Below are positions 12,581-24,600 of a stretch of DNA of 64,000 nt, piece after piece; position 1 is the stretch's first letter; every line of letters begins with the position of its first letter. The DNA is taken from assembly GCF_964355755.1 (NCBI RefSeq), contig NC_092670.1:18276795-18340794 (forward strand), given 5' to 3'. Source of the DNA: Antedon mediterranea (Eukaryota; Animalia; Echinodermata). The notes below the pieces were generated by a model. It searched no databases. It saw only the letters and a program-made list of their open reading frames with translations, and was not told the DNA's origin. Position numbers and translations under genes: made by a program.

Positions 12581-12940
12581 TGAAGGTTGCCGTGACAGGC
12601 ACCTCAAGAGTTTTTCACATTTTTATCTGAACCAACAAAAAATGTTTGTGTACCTGAAATTACTATTTTATGTTTTTTACCACTCCCATAAGATCTTAAA
12701 ACATAAAGCCAAGACTTTTTAGCTATCCCTGGGTCACTACTGAAAATAAATATTTCCCCCCAAATTTTGTTATCCCTTGAAACTCACCTTAATTAATTTA
12801 TTTGTGAAAAAAACCTTTTATATTTTACTGAAGTTACTGCAGTTATTCAAGTTCGGTCTCCTTACCATAGCAAATAGCCTATTCATTACATTTTACAAAT
12901 GTAATAATGACCATGCATACATGGATTTTATACACATGAA

Positions 12941-13143
12941 AATACTGCAGTAACATAATATTTGATACCAATGAACCTATGATCAATACTGCAGTAACAC
13001 ATTTTATTCCAATGAACCTATAATGAATACTGCAGTAACACATTTTATCCCAATGAACCTATAATGAATACTGCAGTAACATATTTTATCCTAATGAACC
13101 TATAATAAATACTGCAGTAACATATTTTATCCTAATGAACCTG
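12941..13143. repeat. 41-bp tandem repeat (aatactgcagtaacacattttatcccaatgaacctataatg), ~5 units
   Basis: Direct repeats visible. Confidence 0.93.
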
Positions 13144-14164
13144 TAAGACTAAACTGTGAATTCTTTAATAGAACCCACTGCTCTGTACTCAAAAGTGTTA
13201 AAATACCTTCTTAATAGAATGATCACAGACAATCATACATGCATCAAAAGCTACGAACAATATCTAAAAACAACATTGCATAATATGACCTGCATGTCGT
13301 GCCAACACCTCTACAAATTTTGGTGCACGAAAGGAAGTAAATATTGTACACCGATTATATCTGCATGAAAAGAAATATAAATATAGTATATCAATATTAT
13401 TTTTACTTAGATTAAAACCCAGTTGACTTCCTCAATTAAAAACACTTTGTCTACCAAGTGGATATATTGCGAAGAAAACATATAGAATAGTACAACTTTA
13501 TAGAATTACTGTAGTATAGTAGTATAAGATATAAAAATAAATTAAGATATTTCTTGCACAGACTAAATACTAAATAAAATTGCACATTATGACAAATAAA
13601 CCTTTATACTATATAAAAATATAGAAATTTGATATCTTCATAAACAAACAAGTTATTTAAACGATAACATCCATGTCTACTTGATGGTATGCAGTGAGGC
13701 ACTATCTTGAATTAGCCTATTGTAGAAGAATGATCTTATAATATAAGTACCATACTGACAGGGCTGTCCACCCCAAATAGTTTTAAAAATTAGCTTTATA
13801 TAAAAACCAGCACAGAATTTTAAAAATTCTAATTCATTCACTCTCAGTATTTTCTTCTATGGATATAAAAATATTTACATACATTTTAAAATAATCTTTC
13901 TTCACACAACCACACTATCTCGCAATATTACCACTCAGCATCTCAATCGCCACAGTATTCTATCTATTCCGTTTCATATACGAAACTAATAGTGATACAC
14001 GCAATAAAATATTTCTAAAACAAAGATCACAAATAAAAAATCAATATAAAAATTTAGAAGTGTTCTCCCCAGGGGTGAACCATGGTGGATGTCTGCACCA
14101 TTGGAGAAAAATAAGGAAGGATACCTTCTATAAATATGGTTTGTTTGGGTGTGTATTTGGTAGA

Positions 14165-14362
14165 CAGGGCTCGATTCACACACAAATCATTCAGGACTAA
14201 CCAATCTTGCATGTACTGTACCTTGTGGGCCAGTAAAACATTAATTTACTACTACCTACTACTTCCCACCAATAAACTAATTTAACAACTTTAATCTGTA
14301 CCACAATATTATATTTCAGTTTGCAACGGCTTTTTAAAAATCAACAATTTAATCGAGCCCTG
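14165..14362. mobile_element. hAT-like MITE
   Basis: 12-bp TIR cagggctcgatt / aatcgagccctg; the 8-bp TSD is only partly preserved. Confidence 0.65.
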
Positions 14363-17351
14363 GATAGAATACAGTTAAAAGGGGATTGTTTAAACGTCAC
14401 AGATAGCGTGCGTCATATCATATCAACGTCACGGTAATTCCCCAGTGTGATGCTTTCACATTTTGAACAGCCTGGGGAGAACACTTTAGTATGGTGTACT
14501 TCAAATCAGAAATGCAACAATCTCTCAAACATATCAAATATTTTTTCGTTAATTTTATCATACTTAATTCTCAAATATTTACATTTTCATGACAAAAATA
14601 ATAATGAAAAGCCAACTCATTTCAAGCCTAATTAAACATCAATTAATAATTACATTAAATTATGATTCTATCAATTTATATATCTAAAAATAATTCAAAT
14701 CATGTTTTCTTTAATTCATATTATTAATAAAACAAATTTCCTAAAATCCTCTACATAATACAAATTATAACCAACACTAGAGTAATATTATATTAAAAAG
14801 ACAATTCAAAACTTAGTTTGTAGTAGATCTCTTTAAAATTTAAAAATTCTCATGACGACGCATAAATAATTATAATTCGCAGTTTAATTATACTGCATTA
14901 AAAACAATCAACGCCCATGTTTGACTCATATGTGATGACATCATAATATACCATGTCACAATGTTGATTTAATCTGGTTATTTGGAAATAAAGAGGTCAT
15001 TACTACTATTGAGAAGGAAATAATGGATATAAAAACATAAATTGAATTCATTTATTACAAATAAGCGCTCTTTAAAGTTTCTCAACTGACCCAAAATGTA
15101 CTAGATCTGATAAAAAAACATCTCAATGAATAAACGATATTGACCTAGTGCCGCAGATAGCCAATGATAGGCAACAGTAACAGCGCGATGGCATGAGTTT
15201 TGTTTCTCTTAAAATATAAGCTGCCATTAGAAGGATAGCAAAATGTGATAGGGGTGACAAAACGATATACAGCTCGTGACAAAGTAAGTTAAGTGGACAT
15301 GACTGTTATTTACTCACTGTACTGTATGGGTATGTGTCATTCAGACAGTGCTAACAGCATACATTTGATCTGTATTACTATTAAAATGGTTTTAATAAAA
15401 TAAAAAGTAAAATCTCATTGGTTTTAGATTTCTTCTATAACATAGATATAAGTCAATTAATAGTTTAAGCGGCCCGCGATAAATTGCAACATGCATTGCA
15501 CACGGATTGATATTTTCATTTTTCTTCTGTGATTCACCAACTTTCGATCGATCATGAAGGCCAAAACAAATGGAAGAATTGTAACTTTAAAGACCGTCAC
15601 ACAAGAGCACACAATCTACTTAGGTAGTGCATTGTTTCTCTCTTTTTATCATATTTAAATATTTAAGACAAGGAATGACCTGGTTTAATGTTTTGAAAGT
15701 AATATATTAATATGCATTACAAAACATCAAAAATTGTAGATTTGTTCAAAATCTAATCTAAAATTAAACTGAAATTACATCAAATATAAATGATATACAC
15801 TGTATGATGTATCAATCAGAAAATATAAAACAAATGGCACAGTAGCTTGGTACCTTGCTTACTTATCCTCGACCAGGGTTCAAGCCTGACTGTCCTAGTC
15901 AGTATTTGGATATTCAGTTTTTAGTAAGGTATGATTATTTTTCGCATGGATGAGGTAAAAATAGATGTATCATAAAGTGCTTACATTACAACAGTATCGC
16001 AATCTAAATTCAGACTACAATTATTGTACAGATAATAAATTTTCAGATTTAACTTTTAAATAATTGCCTATAATGCAGAAATCTTCAGTTAAGCTGAGAT
16101 GAAATTCATCAACATAAAATTTATTTTCAGACAGACGATGAGGATTTTAGAATCATAGCAGACAGTGTGCTACTTGATATTGTAGAACATAAAATTTAAA
16201 TATTTCTACTGTTTATGATTTTTTTAAACCGTGTCGTCAATTTTGAAATACATAAACTATTTGCTCAAACAAACAAGTTTTGAATTATCTTTCTTGAAAA
16301 TGTCCTAAATTACTGTACTAAACAACATAATATTCAAATGAAACCGATGAAATAGAGTGACTCATTTATCTAATTAATCACTATATGACAATGAGTCACA
16401 TAGCATAGGACAAGGTGACTTGGCTGTCATCACATTGATTGACAATGTCAAATTCAGCCAAGGGCTGAACCCAAAAAGATCTTTCTCTATAATTAGTCAA
16501 TTTGTTTAAAATAAAACCAATTATGAGGCATAAATGGTATGGTAATTGTTTTTCTTATAAGTTGAGACAGTGGTGAATATTGGTGTACATTGATTTAATG
16601 ATATTGCGCCTGCGGATTTTATACAGTACATGATCATAAATGTTAACATGTTATAGTATAGGAATGCACTAATATGTTAAGTCATATTTTTGCATTGAAC
16701 TTGATCAATTTAATTCAGGGATTTAAAAGAAGAAAAATCATGATCAAATCATCTCAAAATATTCCTGCATTTATATTTATCACATCTAAATTTTATATTA
16801 AAATCTATTTTTATTGATTGTATAATTAAATATTCATAATTAATTTGTGTCTTTAATTACATTAATTTATAAAGCCTTGTATTCACAGTAGCTTTATTAA
16901 AACTGTCATAAAACAATTATATTTCCATTTCATTATAAAATCATATTTATAAATAAAAATTTGACTTCTAAGTAAATTTTAAAGGGACAGCACACATCGT
17001 TTGTGGTTTTGTATGATCTCAAAAGAATTATGGGATAGTTAGTCATCGACGCAAAAAACAGGTTTATGCAAGCATTCTAGAAAGATCAATATTAAGCCAA
17101 TTTGGAACGTTACAAGGGGCGAGTAATGCATAAATCTTTTTAAAAAACCTGTTGGGGATATTTAGAAAGTAGTACATTTGTAATCCAGATATCTTATCGA
17201 AATAAACTCAGTATCCCATGATTGGTGAGATTAAATGTGTAACAGACGGTGTTATTAAATCAAATAAATGATTATATTCTGCTTTGGTAATGTTACTATT
17301 ATTAGTAACTTCTTGTTCTAGATTTTTCCTAAAATGATATAATGCACTAAG

Positions 17352-17533
17352 AGCTGTAGCACAATATCAAACTTTATGTGACAAAAAAATGTGATGTGCC
17401 CATATATGGACATGATGATGTCATATTACTACCATATTTGTGCATATTACTACCATATTTGTGCATATCACTACCATATTTAGGAATATCACATTATTTT
17501 TTGTCAAACTAGTTTGATAGTGTAGACACAGCA
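17352..17533. mobile_element. Harbinger-type MITE family A (degenerate copy)
   Basis: tatcaaactttatgtgac...gtgatgtgcccatatatggacatg...gtttgatagtgtagacacagc; same family as 24542-24688. Confidence 0.85.
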
Positions 17534-18021
17534 TTACAATACATTGTATTGTTTAAATTTACAACATTAAACTAAAAATATTAGCACTCACAGACTCTCG
17601 CTCACTTCTATTCTATGAATACTTCACCTATTTTAGCCCAGGCTTAAATAATTTCCAGACCCACAAATCCTACTGTACTAAATCATATTCATTTACTACA
17701 AACAAATAATTCTCAATTTGATTTTATATCTATTTTTAGTAAATTATTAAATATGTTCTTAAACCTGAGATCAATAATAATTATTCACATTGTAAATAAA
17801 TATTTCAACAAAATAATAATGGAAATTCTTCAAATCAATTTTCAGATAATTATTGCTATTGCTAATGTGCTAAGCATACATGAATTAATTTTATTAAAAT
17901 CATCTATCATCATTTATTTTTAGGAGTGTAAATGTTTAAATTTTAAATAAAATAAAATAATATATACAGTGGTAGAATAAGACTGATATTAGATTAAAAT
18001 AAAAAGAAAATTTAGTTTTAA

Positions 18022-18354
18022 AGATGTATTGTCCCCCTGAAAAAAAATTATTATTATTAAATTTTAATTTCACATAATAATTATCCACCTTGATTTGACC
18101 AAAAATTAGATCCTAAAAAAATTATTTACCGGAAAAAACTGTAATTTAAAGCAAAAAAACAGTCAAATAGGCTGCCAGCCAATGGATTTTTGGTTGAATT
18201 TAACCATTTATTTTGTCATTTTATAAGGGAAAACATAATTTGTTTTCTTTTTTTTTCTACGGAAGTGATTAACTTCATTAAAACTACAAAATAACTATTC
18301 AAAGTCTGATTTAATTAATCTTCATATTTCATGTTTTTGGGGCAAAATACATCT
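18022..18354. mobile_element. Kolobok-like non-autonomous DNA transposon
   Basis: ttaa|agatgtattgtcccc ... ggggcaaaatacatct|ttaa: TTAA TSD with AG..CT termini. An inverted partial copy ends at ~36443. Confidence 0.75.
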
Positions 18355-18400
18355 TTAAAGGTTTCAAAAGTATCTAATATAAATTTCTAATTTTAATATT

Positions 18401-18580
18401 AGGGAGTTTTCGATTTGGGACGACCAAACTACGCCATATTAGTCTATTTTGCGCATGCAGGAATATTGGGACGCTTGTCCGCACTCCCCCCAAGTTTGAT
18501 GGTTCTAGGTGGAAAACATATTGATTGACCTGATGACCTGGTCATCGGTTCTCTTGATTGTCGCAACTCGAAAACTCCTT
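18401..18580. mobile_element. MITE with AGGGAG termini (ISL2EU/Harbinger-like)
   Basis: agggagttttcgatttg ... caactcgaaaactcctt inverted termini. Confidence 0.6.
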
Positions 18581-19648
18581 ATTGAGAAAGGAACAATTAA
18601 GAAAAATATTATCAGAATTACATTTACAAGATAGAATGAGTAACTAAAATGCTAATAAGAGAGGTTATCTGCGTGATTCAGACTCCTAACATTACTCAAT
18701 ATAATAATTAGTATTACTATTACTGTATGTATTTTTGTAAATTTGTAAAAAAAAAAGTTAGGGGTGGGGAAGGGCGGGGTTAATAATTAAGTATTTAAGT
18801 GAATACTTGACAAATATATTATAATTTTTAATGGAAATAGAGAATTTCTTTATATCATGGGGATACTAAAAAAAGATGAGGTAATCTGCGCAAGTAAAAA
18901 AAAAACCAGTGTATAGCAGACAGACTCTTGAATATCCAGGGTCCTACTTATATAAAATCACCTGACCTGGATTAGATTGCAAATGACTAAGCCCCAACTC
19001 GCTAAACGAGAGCAAAGTCAGGTTTGAGATCTATGATTTAAACGGTCGTAAGAATCTCAATAACCTCAACCTACAGTAATAAATAAACTAACTATTTAAT
19101 CGCAGAATTATTGTTAAAATATAGCAAAAACTAGTTATGCAAGAATATTATTATGGTAATAAATCATAAATTATTGAGAAATGAGATCAATAAAAATTGC
19201 CTACTCAAATTGTTTAAAATCTAAATATTGAGAGAAAATTCTGCTTAAACATTGCAACAAAAAAAACTCTATAAAGAATAAGAAATATCAATTGATAAAG
19301 ATGTTGAAGAAATTTCTTAATACAAAAATCAAAATAAATAATTCCCCAACTGATAAAAAATGCTGTACAGTTAGAGATTTGATACAGCAATTAAGATTGT
19401 TGTTGAATAGCAAAAGGTCATAGGTCAAATACGTAATGTAGCTGTTGAGAATACAGTTCATACATCTATGCCAATTTATTCAATAAGTATATTTTTGTAT
19501 TTCGTTTTTTGACAAGAAGTCTAATAAATTACGTTTCTGAAAATTGATTTGAAGAACACGTCCATTTGGAAACTGAGTTATTTGTTTCATGGTAATTTAC
19601 ATAAAAAATAATTTAATTTTAAGCATTGATGCTTTTTTAAAGTAGAAA

Positions 19649-19761
19649 AGGGCTTGATTTAATATTACTAGCTCTAAGCCAACCAATTATATTTGTACTG
19701 TTAATTCGGGCTAGAACAATTTTAATGGCCCATTTGCCTAGTAAGATTTAAATCAAGCCCT
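19649..19761. mobile_element. Short MITE
   Basis: agggcttgatttaa ... ttaaatcaagccct inverted termini. Confidence 0.6.
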
Positions 19762-21600
19762 AAAAAATGTGAAAATGGTTGGCTTTTCGAATAGACAAAA
19801 AAAGTATTTAAACATATTTATTCTTTGATATTTATCATGCAGTTCTATGTTAAAACTGACAAATTATGAATGTACTAAATAGCACATAATCATAATAATA
19901 TGGTCTAAAGGAAATTGTTATCAAGATTAAATAGTTTTTGTCTTTTAGCTTATCTGCTACTTAACGGATCACTTCAGTGACTCACAGAAACATTTTGTTC
20001 TTTATTGTAGAATGTACGCAAACTGGTGTGTGTTGAGCTAGTTGAAGCAGGCTTTATATTGTAGGCTCAAACTTGCCAGCAACATTCATTAATCAACCGT
20101 TGACATTCACATTCACTTGTCAATTTATATTTTTCCGGCATCCTTGAAGTGATAATTTGTTTCCAGTTCAAAGTTGCAACATTTAAATGCTAATCTGTAG
20201 ACATTTCCTCAAGAAAATGTCATTCTTGGAATTTGAATGTCTTGTAGATGCAAAATAAATCTCTTAGTTCTTGGAATTGTTTTCTTGAACTTTTGCACTT
20301 TTTTTTACATTCTGCTTTTAGACGTTCTGCCTTTGCTTTCTGCTTTTAGACAATCTGCCTTTGCTTTCTGCCTTTATATTTTATACTTTTAGACTTTCTG
20401 CCTATAGACTTCTGCATTTATTTAAACTTTCTACCTTTAAACTTTCCACTTGACTTTTTCTTCATACATCTGACAAACCGAAAATATGATGGAAACAAAC
20501 TTTTTAAAGGGTTGCATTTCTTCACAATTGTAGAAGACTGTCTAATTGATGTATTCTTACTTCCAGAACAGATGTCAACTTAATTTGTATGAACTTTGAC
20601 CTTCCTTTCTGTATCTTTTCCCACAAAACCTATTAGATGACATATTCTTTCATGGAAGTACCTTGGCTTTACAGTTTCCGGAATACTTTCCGTTCCACTT
20701 GCTTTTATTTTCTTCTAATTTTCTTTTTTCGGTTTCACATTCCTTTTGCATTTACGCTTTCTATTTACATTACATAAAGATCTTTAAATATAAAGCATTT
20801 TACTGTTATGCAAATAACCCATCTAAATTAATACAATTCCACAATAAAAATTATATGCATTAACTCCTGAAATGTTGATTAATGAATGCCAACTTAAATA
20901 TTCCCTTTCTATTTGTGTAACCTTCGTAAGACTGCAGTCACCTTTACATGTTTCACCTAAAGTAAACTTACTGTACACCACTAAAAAAGACTCTTAAAAC
21001 CAGTTTGAGTTTTAAAATGCTACCCTCAAATGTCTTATACAAAGATAGTTTACAAAGTTGAGGGTACTTCAGAATACATGAAAAAATGTACACAATACAA
21101 AATTATTTACAATAAAATATGTAAAGAAATATTATACAACTTATCACATGTGTATATGGCCTTTCTTCTTGATACTTTGATGTAATGATGTAGTAGCACA
21201 CACAAGTAGAGATGGTCTCTGGTACCAATATTGGTCAATGGTAGCAGCAAAGATTCCTGGTAGCAACAACCCCTGGTAGCAGCAATGGTTTCTGGTAACA
21301 GCAAACCTCCCTGGGTGCAATCAACTGTACCCAGTAGAAGCAACAGTACCAAATAGCTGCAACTGCCTCTGGTAGAAACGCTCTCTGGTAGCAGAAATGG
21401 TCCTAGCTATCACCAATGGTTACCGGTAGTGTATCAATGGTTACCGGTAGTAGCAATGTACCTTGTTAGCATCAAAATTCCATAACAGCAGCAAAATTCT
21501 ATATGCTTCAGGGACTGTAGGCCTCTGACCATGACTGTATGCCTCCACTATCTGGTAGTGCATCCTTAGTTTTAAACCCATCAGAGCTAAAATGTTGCTG

Positions 21601-24600
21601 TTACGTGGCTGGTATGAGCGAGACATTAATCATAGACAGATCCACCATGTGTCTGTAATGAAAGATAAAACAATAAATGTCTCGAAGTAGAAGGGAACTG
21701 TGGAATATTATTTAGGGTATTTGTGTGCTAATTTAGGGTACTTGGAGAATTGTAGGTGTGGTAGTGGACAATAGTATATAAGAATATTTGATTATCAAAA
21801 GCTGCAGTCAAATCTTTTTAGGTATAGGAACTCCTCAGTTGTCTGCCCTGTTTTTATATACAGTATTCATATATTTTTACAATTTGGAGGAAATGAATAT
21901 ATTATTATTACTATATTATTATTACACTTTAAAATATTAAAATGTCTGTTTATAGTTTAGCTTTCATACCTGTTGTATTTCTTCTGAAACATGTATGCAT
22001 GCTGTGGGTTGTGAAATGTTACAAACGCTTTCCTCTGGTTTGGAATAAAATGACAATTCTGAAACGAAATGAGAAAAGCAAAACATGTTTGTGTGATCAG
22101 ACCTCTTATATAACTCTGATAGATCACAATTTATCTCTGATGGAGAAATGAGTGTGTAAACATAGCTTCTACCTAATATTACATTCACATGCAAGAAAAT
22201 GTAACTTATTGTAACAATTCTACAGTATCAAACTTTGTGTTTATATCCATATATGGACATGATAATGTCATATCACTACCATATTTTTGTCGCATACAAT
22301 TTGATAGTGTAGACAGAGCTTTAGTTATATTAGTAGAGTGAAAGAGAAAAGTGAAAAAAATGCACAAACCTGTACAGAACCAACTGTCTTGGCCATCTGA
22401 ATGATACCCTGAGTCACCGTGGATGCGGACAGACCTTCTATGAGCACTCGGTTTAGAATTGCTTCAGTCTGAACTAATCTAGCACCTTCCAAATGGTTTA
22501 CTTGTTGTTGTCTTTGTTGAAACTGTTCAATGTTCTGTCCAGGAGGTATAACAACCCTTTGCTGGTGGCTGGGTGGAACCTGCTGATGGATCTGGTGGTT
22601 AGGGGTTACAGCGCCCCCAAGCCTGTCTTTAACACTCTTTCGTGCCGGTGCTGGCTGGTGTTGGATATTTCCTGGAGTTTGCTGCTGGTGTGGTTGATGC
22701 AGGCCTCTTCCAGTACCAGGGAAGTTTCCTCTTCCGGCTGAGGCATTCCCTTGTCTGGCAGGTGGTTGATGGCTACTCCCTCCCCTCTGCTGTCCTCTAC
22801 CCCGGCCAGTACCTCGTACTCCCCTTCCTCGCATGTTTCCACCTCCTCTTGTCTGTTGTACTTGTTGAGGAACAATATTTTGTTGTGGGTAACCTGGGCT
22901 CTGAAATTGATTCACTGGGACCGGTTGTAGGCCAGTCTGTTGGGGTGGAAAATTCTGTTGAAATGGCTGCTGATTTTGAGTAGGGTTATTTTGATGTTGA
23001 TTTTGGTGGTGTTGAAACCCTCTTCCACGACCACGCCCTCTGCCTCTTACTGGATGACCCTAAAAAATTATAAAAGTATACAATTCTTGATTTTGCATAC
23101 TATTAATAGAAAAAAAATACTGAAAAGAACAACTTAAGGAAAGAAGCATGAAGCCATGTGGTACTGAGGGGAAAGGAGTTTATTGTTGTACTTACTCTCA
23201 TGTTGGTTGGTGGTGTATTGGTTCTTTGTGGTGTTGGCATGGGTGCAGGTTGATTACCAACAGTGGGTATGGGTCTTGGTTCATCCACTAATACCTGATA
23301 AAGACAAATATTATTGCTCAAATTATTACATTATTAATAGGAGTATGGTATATGAAATTTATGATGCAACCAAAACACTGTTCAGATAAAATTATTTATA
23401 TTTACAAATTGATTTAATATTATTACTTTGAGATTTTGCTGCTGTTTCCACACTTTAACCGAGGTGTCTTGTAGTTGATGGTGTGGTTCTAGGTAAGTGT
23501 GTGGTTGTTGGTAAACTTCAGGTTGTGGTTGCGGTTGTCGGTGCACAACCGGTTGATGTTGGTAAACATCCGGTTGATGTTGCCGGTGGCCTTCTGGTTG
23601 ATGTTGGGGCAGTTGGTAACCTTTTGGTTGATGTTGGGGTGCTTGGTAACCTTTTGGTTGTGACTGTTGGTACTCATGTTGTGCATATTGCTCTTGTTGT
23701 TGGTTTAACTTTTGTCTCATTTGTTGTTCTAACTTTTTAGTTGGTGTACCACCTCCTTGTTTCTTTCCATCTGGCGTTTTCTTTGCTTTATTTGCTGGTT
23801 GCTTCGCTGGCGGTGCTGGATCAAGACCAAGTTTTTTGGTAGCTTCTGCCACATCGTGACCTTGTTCAGCCAAGCGTTTCTTTAACGCTTCTTGACGTTT
23901 GGCAGCAAGCTGTTGCCGCCGTTCTTCTTTACGTTTCATAATCTCCTCTCGTAGTTTCTTTTGTTCTTCTATCTGGATCCTCAAACGTTTTGTTTCCGCA
24001 TCTTCGTTGGTCTCCTATTGTTCAATAAAAAATGATATATTTAGGCACACATTTTATTAATTTAGTATCATTATATATAACAGTTATGCCTACAGAAAAA
24101 AGTAAATTGTTTTTCTCCAGTGACTGTATTCAAACTAGTTTGATAAAAAAAGTGTGATATGCCCCCATATAGTAGTGTTATGACAATATACGGTTACATC
24201 ACATTTTGTTGTCACATAAAGTTTGATAGTGTAGACAGAGCTTAAAGAGTTAGCAAGGTTATATCTGACCTAAGTTAGTTTGACTCACATGAGGTACGGC
24301 TACTGAAGACTTGTTAACTGCTTCTTTGATAAGAGTTTGTGGAGGGGCTGCCAATTTAGGTGACTGCTTAGGAGAAGGAGATAGATTGGTTCGTTGAGGA
24401 GAGCCAAGATTTGGCGAAGATGAAGGAGGTGATGAATAGTTTGGAGGCGCCTTCTTTTGTGAACTGTTACATGTAAAAATAAAGAGTTGATTAATCATAA
24501 CATAGTTATACCGTTTATTTTTCATACGGCCAATTGTCTTAAGCTCTGTCTACACTATCAAAAAAGTGCGATGTGCAAAAATATGATAGTAATATGCCCA

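Noticed and set aside
12366-12722. DGGWWQHP octapeptide repeats resembling prion repeats; CRISPR-like periodicity
   Set aside because: Plain 24-bp tandem repeat with no unique spacers, open in several frames, no supporting splice sites.
165-21600. Hedgehog gene next to RBM33, as in the vertebrate RBM33-SHH linkage
   Set aside because: No Hedgehog or Hint motifs found in any frame.
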